A DNA stretch of 64,000 bases, from NCBI GenBank assembly GCA_902537615.1, contig CACBBU010000006.1:1085-65084 (forward strand). The letters run 5' to 3'. Below the pieces are notes generated by a model. It made no database searches and was not told the origin of the DNA. It saw nothing but the letters and a program-made list of their open reading frames with translations. Source of the stretch: an uncultured Alphaproteobacteria bacterium. GTDB lineage: Bacteria; Pseudomonadota; Alphaproteobacteria; Methylaequorales; Methylaequoraceae. Of this stretch, positions 58,984 to 64,000 are shown in pieces (positions within the stretch are counted from its first letter, which is position 1; every line of letters begins with the position of its first letter). A program made the position numbers and the translations under genes.

Positions 58984-60624
58984 GTGAAATTTAAAATTAT
59001 TAATGGAAGGGTTTTTGACCCCACTCAAGAACTGGATGATGTAAAACAGGATATATTTGTTAAAAATGGTCGCATTGTAAAACCTTCTGCGTCTGAAATA
59101 CACGAATATAAAGTTACTTACGATGTTGAAGGAATGATCGTAATGTCTGGGGCTATCGATATTCATTCTCATATTGCGGGAGGAAATGTTAATAATGCAA
59201 GATTACTTTCACCCGAGATACATACAAAATTTGTTGAAAATAGTCTTGGTAGAAAAAAAAATCTCCCTGGCTTTAATTCAAGGTGGACCTCCGAGGGTAC
59301 TGGTTACAGATATATAGAAATGGGTTTTACAACAGTGGTTGAGCCTGCAATTCTTCCAATTAATTCTTTTCTAGCTCATCTAGAGTTAGAGAGAATACCC
59401 ATGATTGACAAAGCAGGATTAGCAATTTTAGGAAACGATTCTTTTTTACTAGAAAGTCTTTACAAAAAAAGAGGTCAAAACTTTGTTAATGATTATGTTG
59501 CTTACACTTTAGAATCAACAAAATGCATTGGATTAAAAGTTATAAATGCAGGTGGAACAGAATTTTTTAAAAATGGTGGAGAAGTATTTAATTTAGATGA
59601 TGTTGTCCCCTCATATGGAGTCTCTTCCAGAGAAATTTTAAAAACCCTAAACATTGCTAATGAGGAACTAAAAATAAAACATCCGCTTCATGTCCATTGT
59701 AATAATCTTGGTGTACCAGGTAATATTGATACGATTGTTGAAACAATTAAATCTGCTGAAGGAAGAAGAATGCATTTAGCGCATGTTCAATTTTATGCTT
59801 ATGATAACAAAGGGAAAAAAGGTTTTTCTTCAGGTTCACTTGATTTAGCTGAGGCTGTAAACTCAAATAAAAATATTACTGTAGACGTCGGTCAGGTAAT
59901 GTTCAATCCAACAGTTACAATTTCCTCTGATATTATGAGACAGTTTAGTGCTAGAAAAAATGCAAATCCCAAAAAATGGGTAATATCTGAAGTTGAAGAC
60001 GGAGGAGGGGGCATTGTACCCTATCATTATAGAGAAAATAACTTCGTCAATGCGTTACAATGGTTGATTGGATTAGAGATTTTTTTACTAGTAAAGGATC
60101 CTTCACGTGTTTTTTTTACAACAGACCATCCGAATGGAGCTCCATTTACAAGTTATCCTGAATTATTTAGGCTTTTGATGGATTATGAATTTAGATTAAA
60201 AAAAATTGATAGTATTAACAAAGATTCATTGGATATTTCCTATTTAAAGGACTTAAAAAGAACTTACTCCATGTATGAAATAGCAATAATGACAAGGGCA
60301 TCACCAGCTGAAATTTTAGGACTTCAAGATAGGGGATCTTTAAAAGAGGGTTGTCTTGCGGATATATCAATTTATGACCCAAAAAAAACAATTGATAAAA
60401 TGTTCAGAGAAGCTAGTTATGTTTTTAAGGATGGTGATGAGGTGGTAAGAAATGGAAAAGTTTTAAAACATAAAACAACATCTACCCAGTGTATAAAAAC
60501 TACTTATGACAAATCCATACTAAAGGAAGTAGATAAATGGATTAAAAGATATTACTCACTTGAGTTAGATCAGTTTCGTGTGGACCAGGAATTTTTTAAT
60601 GTTAACAATTTTAAAATTCACTAA
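58984..60624 (+). CDS. FwdA/FhcA-like amidohydrolase (formylmethanofuran dehydrogenase subunit A family)
   Basis: GTG start. The sequence MKFKIINGRVFDP...DIFVKNGRIV...GAIDIHSHIAGGNVNNARLL and the ~546-aa length match the FwdA family as I remember it. Confidence 0.7.
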   Translation: MKFKIINGRVFDPTQELDDVKQDIFVKNGRIVKPSASEIHEYKVTYDVEGMIVMSGAIDIHSHIAGGNVNNARLLSPEIHTKFVENSLGRKKNLPGFNSRWTSEGTGYRYIEMGFTTVVEPAILPINSFLAHLELERIPMIDKAGLAILGNDSFLLESLYKKRGQNFVNDYVAYTLESTKCIGLKVINAGGTEFFKNGGEVFNLDDVVPSYGVSSREILKTLNIANEELKIKHPLHVHCNNLGVPGNIDTIVETIKSAEGRRMHLAHVQFYAYDNKGKKGFSSGSLDLAEAVNSNKNITVDVGQVMFNPTVTISSDIMRQFSARKNANPKKWVISEVEDGGGGIVPYHYRENNFVNALQWLIGLEIFLLVKDPSRVFFTTDHPNGAPFTSYPELFRLLMDYEFRLKKIDSINKDSLDISYLKDLKRTYSMYEIAIMTRASPAEILGLQDRGSLKEGCLADISIYDPKKTIDKMFREASYVFKDGDEVVRNGKVLKHKTTSTQCIKTTYDKSILKEVDKWIKRYYSLELDQFRVDQEFFNVNNFKIH

Positions 60625-60629
60625 AAAAA

Positions 60630-63600
60630 TTAATCTTTGTCAATAATTTTAAAAAAAAATGGAGTAACAAAAAGTGTGAGGAAAATTGAAAAAATTATTC
60701 CTGATATCAATACAATACCAATAGTTAGTCTTGATTCAAAGCCAGCTCCTGAACCAATAACAAGAGGTACGACACCTACTACAGTTGATATACCAGTCAT
60801 AATTATGGGTCTGAATCTTATTTTACATGCAGAAAGCAAAGATTCATGCGATTTTTTACCAATTGATTTAAGTTGACGAGCAAATTCAACAATTAGAATT
60901 CCGTTTTTAGCAGATATACCCATTAATATAATTATACCAATTTGACTAAAAATATTCAGTGAGTTTTTAAACATTAATAAAGCTAGTAAAGGGAAAATTA
61001 AAGTTAATGGAACAGAAAGTATAATAATTAATGGATATTTAAAACTTTCAAATTGAGCACAAAGAATTAAATAAACAAAAATTAAAGAAACTATAAATAA
61101 AAAGATAAATTGCTTGGTAGACTTTTTAAATTCTTTACTCTGTCCTTTAAAATCAACCTTGAGGTTGCTGTCTAATTTATTCATTGCAATATTTTCAAGA
61201 AAATTAATACCTTCTCCTAACGAATAGCCCTTTTTCAGACCAGCGCTTAAGGTTATAGATCTCATTTTGTTGTATCTATTTAATTCTTTTGCTTCAGTTA
61301 TTTCTTTAAATTTTAATAAGTTTTCAAGTCTCACAAATCTACCATCTGGTGTCTTTACCTCAAAAGAACCTATGTCAGATGGGTTTGTTCTTTGTTCTTT
61401 TACAGACTGAAGAATTACATAATATTCTTCACCATTTTCAACATAAGTGTTTACTTTTCTTCCAGCTAGAAGTAATTCAAGAGTTCTTCCAATTTCAAGA
61501 TTAGAAATTCCCAAGTCTGATACTTTATCCTTGTCAATTTTAATATCAATTTGTGGTCTATTTTTTTTGTAATCTATTCTTGCAAATAAGAAGTTGTCAT
61601 TTTTTTTTACTTCATTTAAAACAACTTCCATATTTTTATTGATTTTTTCATATGAATCTCCTGATAATACGAACTGTAATTGAGACCCTGAACGTCTTTG
61701 ACCAAGTCCTCTTGGTGGGAAAATAATAATTCTTGAGTCAGTAATTTCTGTAGAAATTCTTTTAATCTCTTCAATTATTTCCCAAATATTTCTTCTTTTT
61801 TCCCAATGCTCTAAAACAATTATACCAATACCATCACTGAAGTTTTCGGTTCCTGAAAAACTTCTTGGAACTCTTAACAGAATTCTTTTAGCCTCTTTGT
61901 TTTCATTGAATCTCATAAGTTTTTTTTCTATTTTCAACATTTGATCTACTGTATTTTGATACGTACTTCCTTCAGGGGACTCTAAAAGCATAAAAAAGGC
62001 TCCTCTATCCTCTCTTGGAGATAACTCTTTAGAAACTTTTTGGAAAATAAAAATTGTTGAAAAAATTATTAATACAATAAAAGTTATTAAAATCATTTTT
62101 CTTTCTAAAATAAATTTTAAAAAAAAAATATACAGATCCTGAAACTTATTATTTGATTTTTTGTTGACTTTAACATTTAAAAGTCTTGAACATAACATTG
62201 GTGTAAGAGTTAATGAAATAATTGTTGAAAAGAAAATTGCACCTATAACTGTAACAGCAAGCTCTTTAAATAATTTTGCAGTGTCACCTTCTATAAAAAT
62301 TATTGGTATAAAAATACAAATTAAGACTATTGAGGTGGAAATAATTGCAAAAACAACCTCCTTTGAACCCTGAATTGAAGCTTTAGTTTTTGAAAATCCT
62401 GACTCAACTTTTTTATAAATATTTTCAAGCATTACTATTGAGTCGTCAATTACTAATCCAGTACAAAGAACTAGTGCCAGTAACGTAATTAAATTAAGAG
62501 AATATCCAAAAAAATTAAGAAAAATAAAAGTTGATAATATTGAGATTGGGACAGTTAAAAAGGGAATTATTGTTGTAGTAATGTTTCTTAAAAAAATTAA
62601 AATTATGATTGTAACAAGAGCTATTGCAAAACATAGCGTAAAGATTACTTCTTTAAGTGCTTCAGAAACAAAGAGAGAGGTGTCATAGCTTTGGTAAATT
62701 TTTATGTTTACAGGAAGTTCATTTTTTATTTTTTTAAATTCATTTTTAACACCATCTGTTACTTTAATTAAATTTGCTTCTGTTTGTTTTAATATTCCAA
62801 GGCCAATCATTTCTTCTCCATTACCTCTAAAAAGTTGCCTGGTTTCTTCCGGTCCAATTTCTATTTTTGCAACATCACCTAATTTAACAAATGAAAAATC
62901 ATCTCCTTTTTTCACAACAAGATTTTGAAAATCTTCAACAGTTTTATAATCACTATCAAATTTGACTGTAAAATCCCTAAATTTTGACTCAAGCCTACCT
63001 GCAGGAATTTCTATATTTTCTTCGTTAATTTTTTTTTCTATATCAAGAACTGAAATTTTGTATTTTGAAAGTAGGTCAGGATTTAACCAAACACGCAGAG
63101 ATTTTTTTTTCCCACCAGATATTCTTACTTTTGCTACTCCTGGGATTACTGATAATCGGTCTACTAAATATCTTTCTGCATAGTCGGTGAGTTCAAGCTG
63201 CGTAATATCGTCAGATGTTAGGTTTAACCACATTACTGCATTTCCATCAGAATCAATTTTTGATATTTCAGGTGATTCAGCATCTTTTGGTAAATTTTCC
63301 AAAATTCTAGACACAGCGTCTCTGACATCATTCGCGGCTTCATTAATATCCTTTTCTGCAATAAATTCTATTGTAACTTTTGATCGGCCGTCTCTGCTAA
63401 CTGAGGAAATTGATTCAATTCCATCAATACCACTTATCTGTGATTCAATTATTTCTGTTATTTTAGTTTCAACGATATTTGATGCTGCTCCAGGGTATAT
63501 GGTATCAATAGAAATTTCTGACCTTTCAATGTCAGGAAATTGTCTAAGAGGTATTTTATTGAGTGAAAGAATTCCAATTAGTATTATGAGACTTATTAAA

Positions 63601-63647
63601 ACAGTACAAAAAACTGGTTTCTTAATAAAAAACTCTGATATATTCAT
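60630..63647 (-). CDS. RND family efflux transporter permease (AcrB/HAE-type)
   Basis: 1005-aa ORF with 12 predicted hydrophobic helices in a 1+5 / 1+5 arrangement, two large periplasmic loops and the N-terminus MNISEFFIKKPVF. Confidence 0.9.
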   Translation of the reverse strand: MNISEFFIKKPVFCTVLISLIILIGILSLNKIPLRQFPDIERSEISIDTIYPGAASNIVETKITEIIESQISGIDGIESISSVSRDGRSKVTIEFIAEKDINEAANDVRDAVSRILENLPKDAESPEISKIDSDGNAVMWLNLTSDDITQLELTDYAERYLVDRLSVIPGVAKVRISGGKKKSLRVWLNPDLLSKYKISVLDIEKKINEENIEIPAGRLESKFRDFTVKFDSDYKTVEDFQNLVVKKGDDFSFVKLGDVAKIEIGPEETRQLFRGNGEEMIGLGILKQTEANLIKVTDGVKNEFKKIKNELPVNIKIYQSYDTSLFVSEALKEVIFTLCFAIALVTIIILIFLRNITTTIIPFLTVPISILSTFIFLNFFGYSLNLITLLALVLCTGLVIDDSIVMLENIYKKVESGFSKTKASIQGSKEVVFAIISTSIVLICIFIPIIFIEGDTAKLFKELAVTVIGAIFFSTIISLTLTPMLCSRLLNVKVNKKSNNKFQDLYIFFLKFILERKMILITFIVLIIFSTIFIFQKVSKELSPREDRGAFFMLLESPEGSTYQNTVDQMLKIEKKLMRFNENKEAKRILLRVPRSFSGTENFSDGIGIIVLEHWEKRRNIWEIIEEIKRISTEITDSRIIIFPPRGLGQRRSGSQLQFVLSGDSYEKINKNMEVVLNEVKKNDNFLFARIDYKKNRPQIDIKIDKDKVSDLGISNLEIGRTLELLLAGRKVNTYVENGEEYYVILQSVKEQRTNPSDIGSFEVKTPDGRFVRLENLLKFKEITEAKELNRYNKMRSITLSAGLKKGYSLGEGINFLENIAMNKLDSNLKVDFKGQSKEFKKSTKQFIFLFIVSLIFVYLILCAQFESFKYPLIIILSVPLTLIFPLLALLMFKNSLNIFSQIGIIILMGISAKNGILIVEFARQLKSIGKKSHESLLSACKIRFRPIIMTGISTVVGVVPLVIGSGAGFESRLTIGIVLISGIIFSIFLTLFVTPFFFKIIDKD

Positions 63648-64000
63648 TTTATTTTCACTGGTGTTCCTTCTTTGATTTTGTTTATTCCCTCATAAACGAC
63701 CAAATCAAAGGAATTTAACCCATCTACAATTTCAATTAAGCCCTCTCTCCTCAGACCGACATTCACTTTTTTTTTTAAAACCGTATTTTTTTTATTAACT
63801 AGGTAAACGTATGAAATATTGTCTTGATTGAAAACAGCGTTTTCCCTTATAAAAAGGGATTCCCTGTCATTAAAGTTGAAGCTTAGATCAACCATTAATC
63901 CAGGTTTTAATAAATTACCAGGATTATTAATTATACCAATAATTTTAAAGGTTCTAGTCTCATCATCTATCAGTGGGTCAATAATTGAAACCTTTCCTTT
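63644..64000 (-). CDS. RND efflux periplasmic adaptor (membrane fusion protein), C-terminal part; 5-prime end beyond the right edge
   Basis: The frame stays open to position 64000: KGKVSIIDPLIDDETRTFKIIGIINNPGNLLKPGLMVDLSF...VGLRREGLIEIVDGLNSFDLVVYEGINKIKEGTPVKIK. It overlaps the permease start by 4 nt. Confidence 0.85.
   Translation of the reverse strand, partial: KGKVSIIDPLIDDETRTFKIIGIINNPGNLLKPGLMVDLSFNFNDRESLFIRENAVFNQDNISYVYLVNKKNTVLKKKVNVGLRREGLIEIVDGLNSFDLVVYEGINKIKEGTPVKIK

Noticed and set aside
58957-59172. 71-aa minus-strand ORF across the folE / FwdA-like divergent spacer
   Set aside because: It overlaps the conserved N-terminus of the FwdA-like gene in antisense.
63187-63675. 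162-aa plus-strand ORF, plus the smaller ones at 60637, 62161, 62704 and 62962
   Set aside because: All are antisense to the 1005-aa RND permease and have serine/isoleucine-rich nonsense-like sequences.
1-64000. CRISPR arrays, IS elements, integrases, toxin-antitoxin pairs and restriction-modification or other defence genes
   Set aside because: No regularly spaced repeats, transposase or integrase motifs, or defence-type domains were seen in any of the listed ORFs or in the spacers.

Overview
This is a very AT-rich, almost spacer-free alphaproteobacterial chromosome segment. Gene content, synteny and the many 1-8 nt gene overlaps look like a streamlined marine Pelagibacterales (SAR11)-type genome; that assignment is an inference from memory, not a search result.

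I can support about 70 protein genes, one tRNA (CAU anticodon), one strong intrinsic terminator and one programmed +1 frameshift site (prfB). I saw no rRNA, CRISPR array, transposase, integrase or phage genes.

Gene order, left to right:
- hemA (partial) and msrB
- thiO (frame-broken), thiS and thiG; pyrE; fhs
- a nucleotide-sugar and glycosyltransferase set (GT4, galU, ugd, PMM/PGM)
- clpS and clpA
- an orphan NrdJ C-terminal-like gene with ridA
- an NDUFA12-like / mlaD x2 / DUF2155 operon
- the aat-accC-accB-aroQ-M48 operon
- rne, an amidase, mrcA, prfB, bcp, a large AsmA/YhdP-like protein, tyrS, anmK
- cysE plus a complete iscR-iscSUA-hscBA-fdx-iscX operon, then mnmA
- an egtB-egtD-egtE-like ergothioneine cluster
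- tRNA(CAU), followed by the longest non-coding spacer in the window
- a compositionally distinct cytochrome c / PQQ-type sugar dehydrogenase pair
- GT11, several small envelope proteins, yaaA, GT2
- ALDH, yjcH, actP and a small HTH gene
- hisI, folE, an orphan FwdA/FhcA-like amidohydrolase, and an RND efflux pump

Most worth a second look:
- the egtBDE cluster embedded in a contiguous sulfur-handling block
- the GC-rich cytochrome c / PQQ-dehydrogenase module next to the tRNA
- the stand-alone NrdJb-like protein
- the thiO frame break at AUU-UGA
- the non-canonical GUU-UGA-A prfB recoding site
- several mitochondrion-like modules (Tim14-like J protein, tetracysteine HscB, NDUFA12)

I found no clearly novel multi-gene system such as a defence system. 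The candidates are orphan or unusual genes and small uncharacterised envelope genes.
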